Assembly (NCBI GenBank): GCA_037442705.1
Contig: JBBIPT010000001.1
Span: forward strand, 1-50,130
DNA length: 50,130 nucleotides
DNA from: Anaeromyxobacter sp.
Lineage (GTDB): Bacteria; Myxococcota; Myxococcia; Myxococcales; Anaeromyxobacteraceae
Direction of reading: 5' to 3'
A program made the position numbers and the translations under genes. Within the stretch, counting starts at the first letter, position 1. Each line of letters opens with the position of its first letter. This document shows positions 7,499 through 17,633 of this stretch, one piece after another. The notes beneath the pieces were generated by a model, which saw nothing but the letters and a program-made list of their open reading frames with translations, was not told the DNA's origin and made no database searches.

Positions 7499-10075
7499 CT
7501 ACTGCGTGAAGAGGTCCTTCACCTCCACCCGCTCCTCGCCGTCCGCGGGGAGCTTCGGCTCGGTCCCCTCCTTGAACGGCTCCAGGACGCCGCGCGCGGT
7601 CTCCGGGACGGCCCTGCCCGTGTCGGGATCCATCCGGACCTCCACGATCCCGGGCGGCGGCTCGAACTCGGGCTGGTCGCGGCCGTCGAGCGCCGCCCGC
7701 GTGTAGTCGAGCCAGAGCGGCAGGGCGGCGTGCCCTCCCGTCTCGTAGCGGCCGAGGGGAGTCACGTTCACGTCGTAGCCGAGCCAGACGCCGGTCGCGA
7801 GGTCGTGGGTGAACCCCATGAACCAGGTGTCGAAGGAGTCGTTCGTCGTCCCCGTCTTCCCCGCGGCCGGCTTCCCGAGCGCCGCGGCGCGCGCCCCCGT
7901 CCCCACCGTCGCCGCCTCCCGCAGTAGGCGCACGAGGATGTAGGCGGTCCGCTCGTCCATCGGGCGCTCGCGCGGCCTCGTGACCTCCGCGAAGCCGGCG
8001 GCGAGGCGCGCGTCCACCGGCACCCAGGGATCCCGCCAGTCGGAGTGGTCCTCGAGGACCTCGCCGTCCCGATCGAGGACCCGCTTCACGAAGCGGGACG
8101 GCCGCTTCTCGCCGTACCTCGCGAAGAGCGCGTAGACGTTCGTGAGCTCCCACAGGTTCACGCAGGAGGACCCGAGCGCCGTCCCGAGCTCGAGCTTCAC
8201 CGGCGTCCCGAGGCCGAGGGCCTTCGACCAGTCGGCGAGCACCTGGATCCCGAGCTCGTTCGCGAGGGCCTCCGCGGTCCGGACGGCCGGGATGTTCATC
8301 GAGGCGACGAGCGCGGTCCGGAGGGTCACGTCGCCCTTGAAGGTCTCGCCGAAGTTCTGGGGCTTCCAGGAGCGCTCGTCGTCCCGGAAGACGAGGGGGG
8401 CGTCGGTGAGGATCGTCGCCGGCGTGAAGTCGAGCTTCTCGATCGCGGCGGAGTAGACGATGGGCTTGAAGGCGGAGCCGGGCTGCCGGCAGGCCTGGAA
8501 GGCGCGGTTGAACTCGGAGGCCTCGAAGTCGTAGCCCCCGACCATCGCGAGGACGTAGCCGGTCCACGGATCGACGGAGACGAGGGCCCCCTGGAGCTTC
8601 GGCTCCTGCTCGAGCGAGAAGAGGAGGTCCTCCTTCGGCACGTCCTTCGGCTTGCCGTTCTGGGCGTCCGTCTCCCGCTGGACGAGCTCCTCGCGGGAGA
8701 CCCGGCGCAGGAGCACGACGTCGCCGCGCGACAGCGCCGTGGAGGGCCGGGAGATGAGCGCGTCGGGGTAGTAGGCCTCGGGGTTCGGCCTCCGCGCCCA
8801 GCGCATGCCTGAGATGGGCAGGAGCCCCTCGTTCTCCCCGACCTCCACGTGGGCGACGCCCGCCCGGTCGTCCACCTTCGCGACGACGCCCACCACGTAG
8901 CGGCCGAGCTCGATCGAGCCCTTCGGCCAGGCCCGGGCGAGCCGCTCCGCGAGCGCCTTCCGCTCCTCCCCCGAGACCCTCGCGACCGGGCCGGCGTAGC
9001 CTTGCCGGTGATCGACCTCCATGAGCCCGCGGAGCGTCGCCGCCTGGGCGGCCCGCTGCTTCTCGAGGTCCATCGCCATCTCCACGCGGAGCCCGGCTTT
9101 CAGGAGCCGGTCGTTCCCGTACCGGTCCACGACGTAGCGGCGCGCGTGCTCCACGTAGAAGGGGGCGGTCTCGCGGAAGACGTCGTCCACGCCGAAGACC
9201 TTCACCTCCGCCTCGGAGGCCCGGGCCCGCTCCTCGGCGGTGATCATCCTCTCCTCGGCCATCCGGCGGAGGACGTACCGCCGGCGCTCCTTCGCCGCCT
9301 CCGGGCGGGAGAAGGGCGAGTAGCGGGAGGGGGCCTGCGGGAGGCCGGCGATGAGCGCCGCCTCCTCGAGGGTGAGGTCCTCCACGTTCTTCCGGTAGTA
9401 GTTCTCCGCGGCCGCCTGGACGCCGTAGCTGTGGTGCCCGAGGTAGACGCCGTTCAGGTACATCCAGAGGATCTGCTCCTTCGTGAAGGCGCGCTCGAGC
9501 CGCTTCGCGAGGATGAACTCCCGGATCTTCCGGCGCAGGCTCCGCCGCGTGCCGGCCTCGAACCCCTCGGCGCTCACGAGGAGCGCCTTGGCCGTCTGCT
9601 GCGTGATCGTCGAGCCCCCCTGGATCCGCTTCCGGAGGACGTAGGTGTTCACGGCGGCGCGGAGCGTCCCGAGCCAGTCCACGCCGGAGTGGTCGAAGAA
9701 GTGCTGGTCCTCGGAGGCGACGAAGGCCTGCACGAGCCGCTTCGGGACGCGCTCGTAGGGCACGACCTTGCGCCGCTCGACGAAGAACTCCCCGGCGATC
9801 TGCCCGTCCGAGGAGATCATCTCGGTGACGATGGGAGGCCGGTACTCCTCGAGGGTCGGGATCTGCGGGAGCCCCTTCGAGAAGTGGAGCCACCCGGCGA
9901 CGAGGACGGCCGCCCCCGCGTGGACGAGCGCGATCGCGGCGAAGAGCGTCCAGCGGAGGAGCCGCCGCCAGGCGGGCGCGCGCGGCGGGAGCCCCTCGAG
10001 GACGAGCCGCGGGGGGGGCTCGGCCGGGGCGCCTTCCCCCGTCTTCTCCGGGCTCGGGTTCTCCGTCTCGCTCAT
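7499..10075 (-). CDS. mrcA: Penicillin-binding protein 1A family (transglycosylase/transpeptidase)
   Basis: ED..FF.H.GVD and GGSTITQQ motifs, SAFK (SxxK), SMN and KTGT. Confidence 0.92.
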   Translation of the reverse strand: MSETENPSPEKTGEGAPAEPPPRLVLEGLPPRAPAWRRLLRWTLFAAIALVHAGAAVLVAGWLHFSKGLPQIPTLEEYRPPIVTEMISSDGQIAGEFFVERRKVVPYERVPKRLVQAFVASEDQHFFDHSGVDWLGTLRAAVNTYVLRKRIQGGSTITQQTAKALLVSAEGFEAGTRRSLRRKIREFILAKRLERAFTKEQILWMYLNGVYLGHHSYGVQAAAENYYRKNVEDLTLEEAALIAGLPQAPSRYSPFSRPEAAKERRRYVLRRMAEERMITAEERARASEAEVKVFGVDDVFRETAPFYVEHARRYVVDRYGNDRLLKAGLRVEMAMDLEKQRAAQAATLRGLMEVDHRQGYAGPVARVSGEERKALAERLARAWPKGSIELGRYVVGVVAKVDDRAGVAHVEVGENEGLLPISGMRWARRPNPEAYYPDALISRPSTALSRGDVVLLRRVSREELVQRETDAQNGKPKDVPKEDLLFSLEQEPKLQGALVSVDPWTGYVLAMVGGYDFEASEFNRAFQACRQPGSAFKPIVYSAAIEKLDFTPATILTDAPLVFRDDERSWKPQNFGETFKGDVTLRTALVASMNIPAVRTAEALANELGIQVLADWSKALGLGTPVKLELGTALGSSCVNLWELTNVYALFARYGEKRPSRFVKRVLDRDGEVLEDHSDWRDPWVPVDARLAAGFAEVTRPRERPMDERTAYILVRLLREAATVGTGARAAALGKPAAGKTGTTNDSFDTWFMGFTHDLATGVWLGYDVNVTPLGRYETGGHAALPLWLDYTRAALDGRDQPEFEPPPGIVEVRMDPDTGRAVPETARGVLEPFKEGTEPKLPADGEERVEVKDLFTQ

Positions 10076-10148
10076 CGGCCCGCGAATCTACGCGCCTTTC
10101 CCCCGGGGGTTCAACGTTCCTCCTCGCGCCTGCCTTCCCCGGTCCACT

Positions 10149-10226
10149 CCGCTCGCCCTTCGACAGGCTCAGGGCGAACGGATCCTCTCTAGTCCGTTCG
10201 TGGTGAGCGTGTCGAACCACGAGCGG
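10149..10226. repeat. Hairpin repeat doublet A(+)/B(-)
   Basis: Copies at 10149-10181 and 10194-10226 with a 12-nt linker. The B copy overlaps the 3' end of the pseudouridine synthase gene. Confidence 0.9.
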
Positions 10227-11211
10227 GCTCGGGCCGATCCAGGCCCGCGCCTCCGGGAGACAGGTTCGCCCGGGAGAGGACCTCGCGGAGCTCCGCGGGC
10301 AGGACCGCCTCGAGCCGGAGGGGCCGGCCGCCGCCGCCGGGGTGGGGGAGCTCGAGCTTCCAGGCGTGGAGGAACATCCGGGAGAGCCCCCACCGCTGCT
10401 TCGCCATCCGGTTCCAGGCGAAGTCGCCGTAGCGCCGGTCGCCCGCGACCGGGTGGCCCACCGCCTCGAGGTGGCGTCGGATCTGGTGGGTGCGCCCGGT
10501 CTCGATCGTCACCGAGAGGAGGGAGGCCTCCTTCATCGAGGAGAGGACCTTCCAGCGCGTGACCGCCTCCTGGAACTTCACGCCGCGCGCCGCCTTGGAC
10601 CGGGCCGTCTGCTCGTGCTCGGCGAGGGGCAGGTCGATCGTCCCCGCCTCGCGCGGCATCTTCCCCTTCACGAGGGCGAGGTAGGCCTTCCGGACCCCCT
10701 CGCCGCTCGTGAAGATCTCGGTGAGCCTCACCATCGCCTTCCGGTGCTTCGCGACGACGACGACCCCGGAGGTGTCGCGGTCGAGCCGGTGGGCGGGCGA
10801 GGGGCGGAACTCCGTCGCGGGGAGGTCGTCCGGCACGCCGAGGTGGGCCCGGGCCATCTCCACGAGCGTCGCCCCCTCGATGCCGGTCCCCGGGTGCGCG
10901 GCGAGCCCCGCGGGCTTGTCCACCGCGAGGACGTCCTCGTCCTCGTGGAGGACGCCGAAGGTCGGCTCGGCCCGCGGGGCGGGCCGCCCCGCCGCGGGCC
11001 GGGCGAGGAGCCGCTCCTCGTCCCCGCGCACGGCGACCGCGTCCCCCTCCTTCACGATCTGCTCGGGCTTTCCGCGGCTCCCGTTCACCCGGATCTTCCG
11101 GGTCCGGAACATCTTGTAGACGTGGGAGAGCGGGACGTCGCGCAGGGCCTTCCGCACGAGCTTGTCGAGCCGCTGCCCCGCGGCGTCGGCGGAGACGGTG
11201 AAGGTGAGCAC
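10189..11211 (-). CDS. RluA-family (RluC/D-like) pseudouridine synthase with S4 domain
   Basis: QRLDK, DKPAG, HRLDRDTSG, TGRTHQIR and LHAW motifs. Confidence 0.93.
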   Translation of the reverse strand: MLTFTVSADAAGQRLDKLVRKALRDVPLSHVYKMFRTRKIRVNGSRGKPEQIVKEGDAVAVRGDEERLLARPAAGRPAPRAEPTFGVLHEDEDVLAVDKPAGLAAHPGTGIEGATLVEMARAHLGVPDDLPATEFRPSPAHRLDRDTSGVVVVAKHRKAMVRLTEIFTSGEGVRKAYLALVKGKMPREAGTIDLPLAEHEQTARSKAARGVKFQEAVTRWKVLSSMKEASLLSVTIETGRTHQIRRHLEAVGHPVAGDRRYGDFAWNRMAKQRWGLSRMFLHAWKLELPHPGGGGRPLRLEAVLPAELREVLSRANLSPGGAGLDRPEPARGSTRSPRTD

Positions 11212-11314
11212 GGTGAGGTCTTACACGACGCGGGGCCGGAGGGCGACTCGAGGCTTCCGGCCGGTCGCGAATCGCGCGCGGCCGTCCAGGATCGCCACGA
11301 CCGGTCCGCTGGAT

Positions 11315-11347
11315 CCGCTCGCCCTGAGCCTGTCGCAGGGCGACTGG
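11315..11347 (-). repeat. Hairpin repeat type A
   Basis: CCGCTCGCCC-TGAGCCTGTCGCA-GGGCGACTGG. Confidence 0.85.
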
Positions 11348-11357
11348 ACCCCGCCCC

Positions 11358-12350
11358 TCACAGGAGCTCGAGCTGCGCCCGCTCCCGGAGCGGCTCCGCC
11401 CGGATCCCCTCCTTCCGGAGCGCCGCCGCGAGGTCGTCCGCGAAGCCGTGGACGGTGAGGACCCGCGACGCGCCGGTCGCCTTCGCGTAGCGCACGAGGG
11501 AGGGGAAGTCGGCGTGGTCGGAGAGGGGAAAGGCCGCGTCGGCGCCCCGGAAGAACCGGTTCCCGTCGAGGGCCCAGCCGGTGAGGACCGCCGTCCGCCG
11601 CCTGCGGATCCCCCGCATCGCGGGGCTGCGGGCGAGGTGGGGCGGGGCGACGACGACCTCGAGCGGCTCGGGCCCCTCCGGAGGGAGGGCGCGCACGTTC
11701 GGCAGCGCGACCCCGTGCTCCTCGTAGACCCGGTTCACCGCGTGGACGACCGGGTGGACCGCGCAGCGGTAGCCGGCGCCCGCGAGGAACTTCAGGATCT
11801 CCTGCGCCTTCCCGAGGGCGTAGCCGAGGAGGACGGGGGTCGCGCCGCCGGAGAGGGTCTCGTCCACGAAGGCGCGGACCGCGGCGAGGATCTCCTCCTT
11901 CGGCGGGAAGACGTACCGCGGGTGGCCGAAGGTGGACTCGAGGAGGAGGACGTCGCAGCGCATCGTCTCGGCCCGCTCCGCGGCGTGGTTCGGCTCCGCG
12001 CAGAAGTCGCCCGTGTACCCGACCGAGCGGCCGTCCCGCTCCACCCGGAGCTGCGCCGAGCCGAGGACGTGCCCGGCCGCGAAGAGCTCGAGCGTCATCT
12101 CCCCGAGGCCGAAGGGCTCGCGGAACCCCACCGGGAGGGCCTCCGTCTTCCGGCGCTTCGGCTCCCCGAGCCGGTGGCGCATGAGCGCGAGGGTGGCGGG
12201 CGTCGCGATCGTCCGGTCGTGGCGGCCGATGTGATCGCCGTGGGCGTGGGAGACGAAGGCGCACTCCACCCGCTTCCGCGCGTCGAGGTGGAGGGCCGAC
12301 CCCGCGACGCGCAGCTCTCCCCGGTGGATCTCCACGGGCAACCGCCGCAT
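11358..12350 (-). CDS. MBL-fold beta-CASP-type nuclease
   Basis: SHAHGDH, AGHVLGS, YTGD, ESTFG, GKAQE and SDHAD motifs. Confidence 0.88.
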   Translation of the reverse strand: MRRLPVEIHRGELRVAGSALHLDARKRVECAFVSHAHGDHIGRHDRTIATPATLALMRHRLGEPKRRKTEALPVGFREPFGLGEMTLELFAAGHVLGSAQLRVERDGRSVGYTGDFCAEPNHAAERAETMRCDVLLLESTFGHPRYVFPPKEEILAAVRAFVDETLSGGATPVLLGYALGKAQEILKFLAGAGYRCAVHPVVHAVNRVYEEHGVALPNVRALPPEGPEPLEVVVAPPHLARSPAMRGIRRRRTAVLTGWALDGNRFFRGADAAFPLSDHADFPSLVRYAKATGASRVLTVHGFADDLAAALRKEGIRAEPLRERAQLELL

Positions 12351-12577
12351 CGGCCGGGTTCTACACCGGACCGCCGACAGCCGGGGACCTCCTCGCCGGC
12401 CCGCGGGACCTCCGGGCCCCCGCCGCGGACGCGCCACGCGCAGGGCCGCCCCGCGCCCGCCCCCCTCGCTCCCCGGCGGGGCGTCCCGATTGCGGTGTCG
12501 TACCGCATGGGTGCGTGTGTCCCTTACCCGCGGTTCTGGGGCGCACTAGGATTCGCGAAGGGAGGATGCCCCCGCAC

Positions 12578-13201
12578 ATGGCCGAGCAGATCGAGAACCC
12601 CCGCCAGTCCCCCCGCGCGCCGGTCCGCTGCGACGCCCGCGTCGCACTCCGGGAGGGGGGCTTCTGGATCACCCCCACCCGCGACTACGGCCCGCGGGGC
12701 TGCCAGGTCCTCGCTCCGTCCGCCCTCGCGCCCGGCGCCCGGCTCTTCGTGGAGCTCCTGAACGAGCGGGTGGACGGTCCGGTCGAGCTCGCGGGGCGCG
12801 TCGCCTGGACCGCGCGGGAGGAGCCGTGGCGGACCGGGATCGCCTTCGACGATGGGAGCCTCTCCGCCGCGCGGACGTTCTTCGAGCGGCTCGTCGCCGC
12901 CTACCCGGGCGTGGACGCCTACGGCCGCGCGCCGGAGCGGGTCGCCGCCGGCGCGCCGCTCGCCCCGGTCGTGCCGCCCACGGAGTTCGAGCCCCGGCTC
13001 TCGCCCGACGAGGCGGAGGTGCTCCTCGCGATCGGCGCCGGCGCCACGGCGGGGGAGGTCCGCGAGCGGCTCGGCGCCCGCTGGGCCGACGGGCCGATCC
13101 ACGCGCTCTTCTCCCTGCTCGGCCGACGCTACCTCGTGCCCGGCGGGCCGGACGAGCAGGCGGCCGCCGCCTGGAAGGCGCTCCTCGGCGCGCGAAAGTA
13201 G
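12578..13201 (+). CDS. PilZ domain protein
   Basis: RQSPR (RxxxR) and DYGPRG (DxSxxG-like) motifs, GRVAW...GIAF. Confidence 0.8.
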   Translation: MAEQIENPRQSPRAPVRCDARVALREGGFWITPTRDYGPRGCQVLAPSALAPGARLFVELLNERVDGPVELAGRVAWTAREEPWRTGIAFDDGSLSAARTFFERLVAAYPGVDAYGRAPERVAAGAPLAPVVPPTEFEPRLSPDEAEVLLAIGAGATAGEVRERLGARWADGPIHALFSLLGRRYLVPGGPDEQAAAAWKALLGARK

Positions 13202-13238
13202 GCCGAAGTCCCTGCGGCGATCGCTCGCGTCGATCCCA

Positions 13239-13271
13239 CCGTTCGCCCTTCGACAGGCTCAGGGCGAACGG
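13239..13271 (+). repeat. Hairpin repeat type A (perfect consensus)
   Basis: CCGTTCGCCC-TTCGACAGGCTCA-GGGCGAACGG between convergent genes. Confidence 0.92.
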
Positions 13272-13300
13272 ATTCCCCTCCGGTCGTCGTGACGACCCGC

Positions 13301-14482
13301 TCAGCGGAGGAGGAGGTAGTAGAGCCGCCCCGGCTGCTTCAGGTGGCCCGCGGCGTGCTCCGCGTAGGCCCCGCTGCCGAAGAAGAGATCCACCCGGGCG
13401 GAGGTCCGGATCGCCCCGCCAGCGTCCTGGTCGAGGACGAACCGGGAGAAGGGGCGCAGCCCCGGGCTCGCCGCGTCCAGGGGGCGCTCCGTCTCGACGA
13501 ACGCGAGCCCTCCCTTCGGGAAGACCTTCGCGTCCGCGGCGATGGTCCGGTCCGCGGTGACCGGGACGCCGAGGGCGCCCGTCGCGGCGTCGGCGAAGCG
13601 GAAGAAGACGTAGGAGGGGTTCGTCGCGAGGAGCCCCTCCTGCTCGGCGGGGTTCGCGAGGAGCCAGGCCTTGATCTTCTGCATCGAGACCTCCTCGCGG
13701 GCGAGCGCCCCCCGGCGCACGAGCTCTCCGCCCACCGCCGCGTAGCGGTGGCCGTTCTTCCCGGCGAAGGTGACGACCTTCGAGGTGCCGTCCTCGAAGC
13801 GCACGATCCCGCTCCCCTGGATCTCCACGAAGAAGGCGTCCGCGGCCGAGTCCACGAAGCAGAGCTCGGCCCCCTTCCCGTCGAGCGCCCCCGAGGAGAT
13901 CTCGGCGCGGGTCGGGTAAGGGACGAGCCGGCCTCCCTCGACGCGCCCCACGAGGTCGGCGGAGAGCTGGGGGAAGTCCTTCGCCCGCACCTGCACGAGG
14001 TCCTCGGGGGGGCGGTGGAGGGGGACCTGGTAGCGCCCGCCCTGGACCGGCGAGCCGCGGAGCTCGGGGAGGTAGTAGCCGGTGAAGAGGACCGTCCCGC
14101 GGCCGTCGCCCACCGAGCGGAAGACGCGGAACTCCCGGCGCAGGGTCTCGGCGAGCGCGGCGGGCGAGGGGCGGGAGAGGGCGATCTCCCGGAAGCGGGC
14201 GAGCGTCGCCTGCATCCGCTCCAGGGGCACCCGCTCCTTGCCGAAGGCGAAGGTGCGGCCCGGGTCCGCCGCGGCGACGCGGGCGAGCCAGGCGGCGGAG
14301 CGGCCGAGCGCCTCCTCGAGCCCGGCGAAGTCGAGGTCGTCGGCGAAGGGCGGGAACGCCTCCGGCGCGAGCTCCACGAGGGCGCCCTCGGCCGTCGTGG
14401 CCGCGGACGGCTCCGGCGGGGGCGGGACGATCCGGCAGGCGGCGAGCGCGAGGAGGGCGGCAAGGACGGGGACGCGGCGCAT
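13301..14482 (-). CDS. mltA: Membrane-bound lytic murein transglycosylase A (lipoprotein)
   Basis: LAAC lipobox, FTGYY.P, IQGSG, NPSYVFF and QD.GGAI...RVDLFFG motifs. Confidence 0.92.
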   Translation of the reverse strand: MRRVPVLAALLALAACRIVPPPPEPSAATTAEGALVELAPEAFPPFADDLDFAGLEEALGRSAAWLARVAAADPGRTFAFGKERVPLERMQATLARFREIALSRPSPAALAETLRREFRVFRSVGDGRGTVLFTGYYLPELRGSPVQGGRYQVPLHRPPEDLVQVRAKDFPQLSADLVGRVEGGRLVPYPTRAEISSGALDGKGAELCFVDSAADAFFVEIQGSGIVRFEDGTSKVVTFAGKNGHRYAAVGGELVRRGALAREEVSMQKIKAWLLANPAEQEGLLATNPSYVFFRFADAATGALGVPVTADRTIAADAKVFPKGGLAFVETERPLDAASPGLRPFSRFVLDQDAGGAIRTSARVDLFFGSGAYAEHAAGHLKQPGRLYYLLLR

Positions 14483-14519
14483 CGAGCCCGAAGCTAGACG
14501 AGGTCCCGCCCCCAGGCCA

Positions 14520-15437
14520 CTACCCGCCGGCCGATTCCCCCGCGCCGGGGGCGGGGACCGCGCGCGCCTCCGCGGGGCGCGGGTCGAGCGCCGCCCCCAC
14601 CTCACCCACGATCACCGCGAGCACGATGAGCCCTCCCCCCGTCCAGTCGGCCGCGGAGAGGGGCTCGCCGCCGTAGTAGTGGCTGAAGAGGGCGGCCGCG
14701 ACCGGCTCGAGCGCGAAGATGAGCGCCGCCCGGACGGCGGTCGTCCGCCGCTGCGCCCAGTTCATGACGAAGAAGGCGCCGGCGGTCATGAGGACGCCCA
14801 TGTAGAGGACCGTCCCGGCGAAGCGCCCCGCCGCCTCCGCGTGCAGGAACGCCCCCTCGACGGGGAGGAGGAGCGCGGCCCCGAGGCCGGTGAGCGAGAC
14901 CTGGGCGAGGGTGAGCGGGACGAGCGGGTGCCGGGGCGACCACTCCGAGGTGAAGGCGATCTGGAGGGCGAAGGCGACGGCGCAGGCGATCGTGAGGAGG
15001 TTCCCGAACCGGACGAGCTCGCCGATCGCCCCGTCGAAGGGCCGGGTGAGGACGAAGAGCCCGACGACGGCGAGGGCGACGCCCACCCAGGAGGCGCCGC
15101 GGACGCGGCGCCCGATGAGGAACCGGGCGAGGAAGGGGACGATGAGGACCGAGAGGCCGGTGAGGAAGCCGGACCGCGCCGGGGTGGTGTAGCGCAGCCC
15201 GATCGTCTGCAGGACGAAGCCCGCGAGCATGAAGAGGCCGAGGAGGGAGGCGTGGCGGGCGAACCCGGGCCCCACCCGATCCCGGCGCACGACCGCGACC
15301 GCGCCGAGGACGAGGGCGGCCGTCGCGAAGCGCGCCACGAGGAAGACGCCGGGCGAGGCGATCTTCAGCACCTCCCCCACGAAGTGGAAGGTGGTTCCCC
15401 AGAAGAGGGTGAGGACGAGGAGGGCGAGATCGGCCAC
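14520..15437 (-). CDS. DMT/EamA family transporter
   Basis: FWGTTF, GLRYTT and ALEPV motifs, about 10 TMs. GTG start at 15437. Confidence 0.88.
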   Translation of the reverse strand: MADLALLVLTLFWGTTFHFVGEVLKIASPGVFLVARFATAALVLGAVAVVRRDRVGPGFARHASLLGLFMLAGFVLQTIGLRYTTPARSGFLTGLSVLIVPFLARFLIGRRVRGASWVGVALAVVGLFVLTRPFDGAIGELVRFGNLLTIACAVAFALQIAFTSEWSPRHPLVPLTLAQVSLTGLGAALLLPVEGAFLHAEAAGRFAGTVLYMGVLMTAGAFFVMNWAQRRTTAVRAALIFALEPVAAALFSHYYGGEPLSAADWTGGGLIVLAVIVGEVGAALDPRPAEARAVPAPGAGESAGG

Positions 15438-15439
15438 GC

Positions 15440-15562
15440 CTACGGCTCCCGGCTCGCGGCCGCTTCCGCCTCGAACCGCCGGTCGATGCCGAGGACGATC
15501 TCCACGGCGGAGAGCGTCGCGAGCGAGATCCAGGCCTCGGGGGAGGTGAGGAGGGCCATCAT
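15440..15562 (-). pseudogene. TerC-family remnant (40-aa ORF)
   Basis: MMALLTSPEAWISLATLSAVEIVLGID-RRFEAEAAASREP*. The first 27 aa match the TerC N-terminal signature (LxxLEIVLGIDN) and then break off. Not in the ORF track. Confidence 0.8.
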
Positions 15563-15574
15563 GGGAGACCCTAC

Positions 15575-16570
15575 CTAGCGGAAGCGCCAGGCGCCGTCCA
15601 CGAGGTCCCGGGAGGCCGCGCCCCGGGCCTCCATCGCCTCGAGGTTCCCGATCGTCTCGGAGATCACGAGGAAGAGCTCGCCGGGGCGCGACGACGGGAA
15701 GAGCACCCGGGACAGCTCGTAGGGGGTCTTCGCCCCCTCGTCGAGGATCGAGCGGATCCGCTCCTGGCGCTGCGCGTAGAAGGAGAGGAGCCGGTCGATC
15801 ACCGCGCGGTGCCCGGAGAAGGGCGGGCCGTGACCGGGGAGGACGAGGTCGAGGTCGAGCGCCCGCATCCTCCCGACGCTCTCCACGTAGGCGAGGAGCG
15901 GCTCGAACCACCCCTCCTCGCCCGCCGGCCCGAGCTCGATGAGCGGGTTCGGCGAGATCTTCTCGAGGAGGTGGTCGCCGGAGAGGAAGAGCCGCCGCTC
16001 CTCGTCGTGGAGGCAGAGGAGGCCGGGGGTGTGGCCCGGCATGTGGAGGACGCGCAGGGTGAGGTGGCGCGTCCGGAGGACCTCCCCCTCGCCGATGGGC
16101 CGCACCTCCGGGACCCGCCGCGCGAGCCCGTACCCCTTCTCCCCCTCCTTCGCGATCGCGAGGAGGGCCTCCATGGGGACGCCGAGCTTCCCGAGGTAGG
16201 TGGCGTAGAGGGCCGCCCGGTCCCTCCACCGCCAGCCGGCCTCGCCGATCTTCGCCGCGTCCGCCGGGTGGGCGTAGACGGGGACCTCCCCGCCGTGCCG
16301 CTCCTGCACGAACCGGGCGGCGCCGTAGTGGTCCACGTGGCCGTGCGAGACGACGATCCTCCGGACCTCGTCGAAGCGCCGCCCGAGCCGCGCGAACCCC
16401 GCCTCGAGCGCGGCCTGCGCCTCGGGGGAGCCGAGCCCCGCGTCGAAGAGGAGGAGCCCGCCGTCCTCCTCCTCGAGGAGGTAGACGTTCACGGGCCCCC
16501 CTGCCTGGGGGAAGGGGATCGGCAGGGGGATCCGGTGGATCCCCATCCCCGCGAGGTCGGCCTCGGTCAT
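15575..16570 (-). CDS. MBL-fold metallo-hydrolase
   Basis: SHGHVDHYG, PGHTPG, SGDH and PGHG motifs. Confidence 0.9.
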   Translation of the reverse strand: MTEADLAGMGIHRIPLPIPFPQAGGPVNVYLLEEEDGGLLLFDAGLGSPEAQAALEAGFARLGRRFDEVRRIVVSHGHVDHYGAARFVQERHGGEVPVYAHPADAAKIGEAGWRWRDRAALYATYLGKLGVPMEALLAIAKEGEKGYGLARRVPEVRPIGEGEVLRTRHLTLRVLHMPGHTPGLLCLHDEERRLFLSGDHLLEKISPNPLIELGPAGEEGWFEPLLAYVESVGRMRALDLDLVLPGHGPPFSGHRAVIDRLLSFYAQRQERIRSILDEGAKTPYELSRVLFPSSRPGELFLVISETIGNLEAMEARGAASRDLVDGAWRFR

Positions 16571-16645
16571 CGGTCCTTCGTCTGCACGACGGCCCGCGAT
16601 TCGCGAGCGGTCGCGCCGTTCCCGTTCGTGCCGGGCGGTGCCGGG

Positions 16646-17608
16646 CTACTTCCCGGCCTTCACCTTCGCGCCGAGCTCCGGCAGCACCTTGAGGAGGTCG
16701 CCGACGAGGCCGTAGTCGGCGATCTGGAAGATCGGCGCCTCCGGGTCCTTGTTCACCGCGACGATGACCTTCGAGCCCTTCATCCCGGCGAGGTGCTGGA
16801 TCGCGCCGGAGATGCCGGCGGCGACGTAGAGCTCGGGGGCGACGACCTTGCCGGTCTGGCCCACCTGGAGGTCGTTCGGCACCCAGCCGGCGTCCACCGC
16901 GGCGCGGGTCGCGCCGACCGCGGCGCCGAGCTCGTCCGCGAGCGCCTCGACGGGCTTGAAGTCGCCCTTCGTCCCGCGGCCGCCCGCCACGACGAACCGC
17001 GCCTCGGTGAGCTCGGGCCGCTCGCTCTTCACCTCCTCGAAGGAGACGTGCTTCGTCCTGAGCGCCGCGGCGTCGACCTTGGCCTCGAACGGGACGACGT
17101 TCCCCTTCCCCTCCTTCGCCGCGGCGGCGAACTCCGTCGCGCGGACGGTGAAGAACTTCACCGGGGTCGCGATCTCCACCTCGGCGAGGACGTTCCCGGC
17201 CCACATCGGCCGGCGGAAGGTGACGTTCGCCCCCTCGCCCCCGAACCCGAGGGTCTCGGTGGACATCCCCGCCCCCATCCGGGCGGCGGCGCGGGGGAGC
17301 ACGTCCTTCCCGATGGCGGTGGCGGCGGCGCCGACGAAGGCGGCCCCGGCCTTCTTCGCGATCTCCGCGAGGACGGGGGCGTGCGCCTCGGCGAGCGGGA
17401 ACTCGAGGGCGGGGGCGTCCGCGACGTGGACGTCCGCCCCCCAGGCCGAGAGCTCCTCGGCGATGGGGCCGACGCCCTTGCCGAGGACGGCGAGGTGGAG
17501 CTTGCCGCCCGTGCGCTTCGCGAGCTCGCGGCCGGCGCCGATGGCGTGGAGGGTCGCCTTCCGGACCGCTCCCTTGAAGTGCTCCGCGACGATGAGGACG
17601 TGGGACAT
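16646..17608 (-). CDS. etfA: Electron transfer flavoprotein alpha subunit
   Basis: [13 protein letters not shown] and GISGAIQH motifs. Confidence 0.96.
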   Translation of the reverse strand: MSHVLIVAEHFKGAVRKATLHAIGAGRELAKRTGGKLHLAVLGKGVGPIAEELSAWGADVHVADAPALEFPLAEAHAPVLAEIAKKAGAAFVGAAATAIGKDVLPRAAARMGAGMSTETLGFGGEGANVTFRRPMWAGNVLAEVEIATPVKFFTVRATEFAAAAKEGKGNVVPFEAKVDAAALRTKHVSFEEVKSERPELTEARFVVAGGRGTKGDFKPVEALADELGAAVGATRAAVDAGWVPNDLQVGQTGKVVAPELYVAAGISGAIQHLAGMKGSKVIVAVNKDPEAPIFQIADYGLVGDLLKVLPELGAKVKAGK

Positions 17609-17633
17609 GGCGTTCTCCGTTCCGGCGGGGGCC

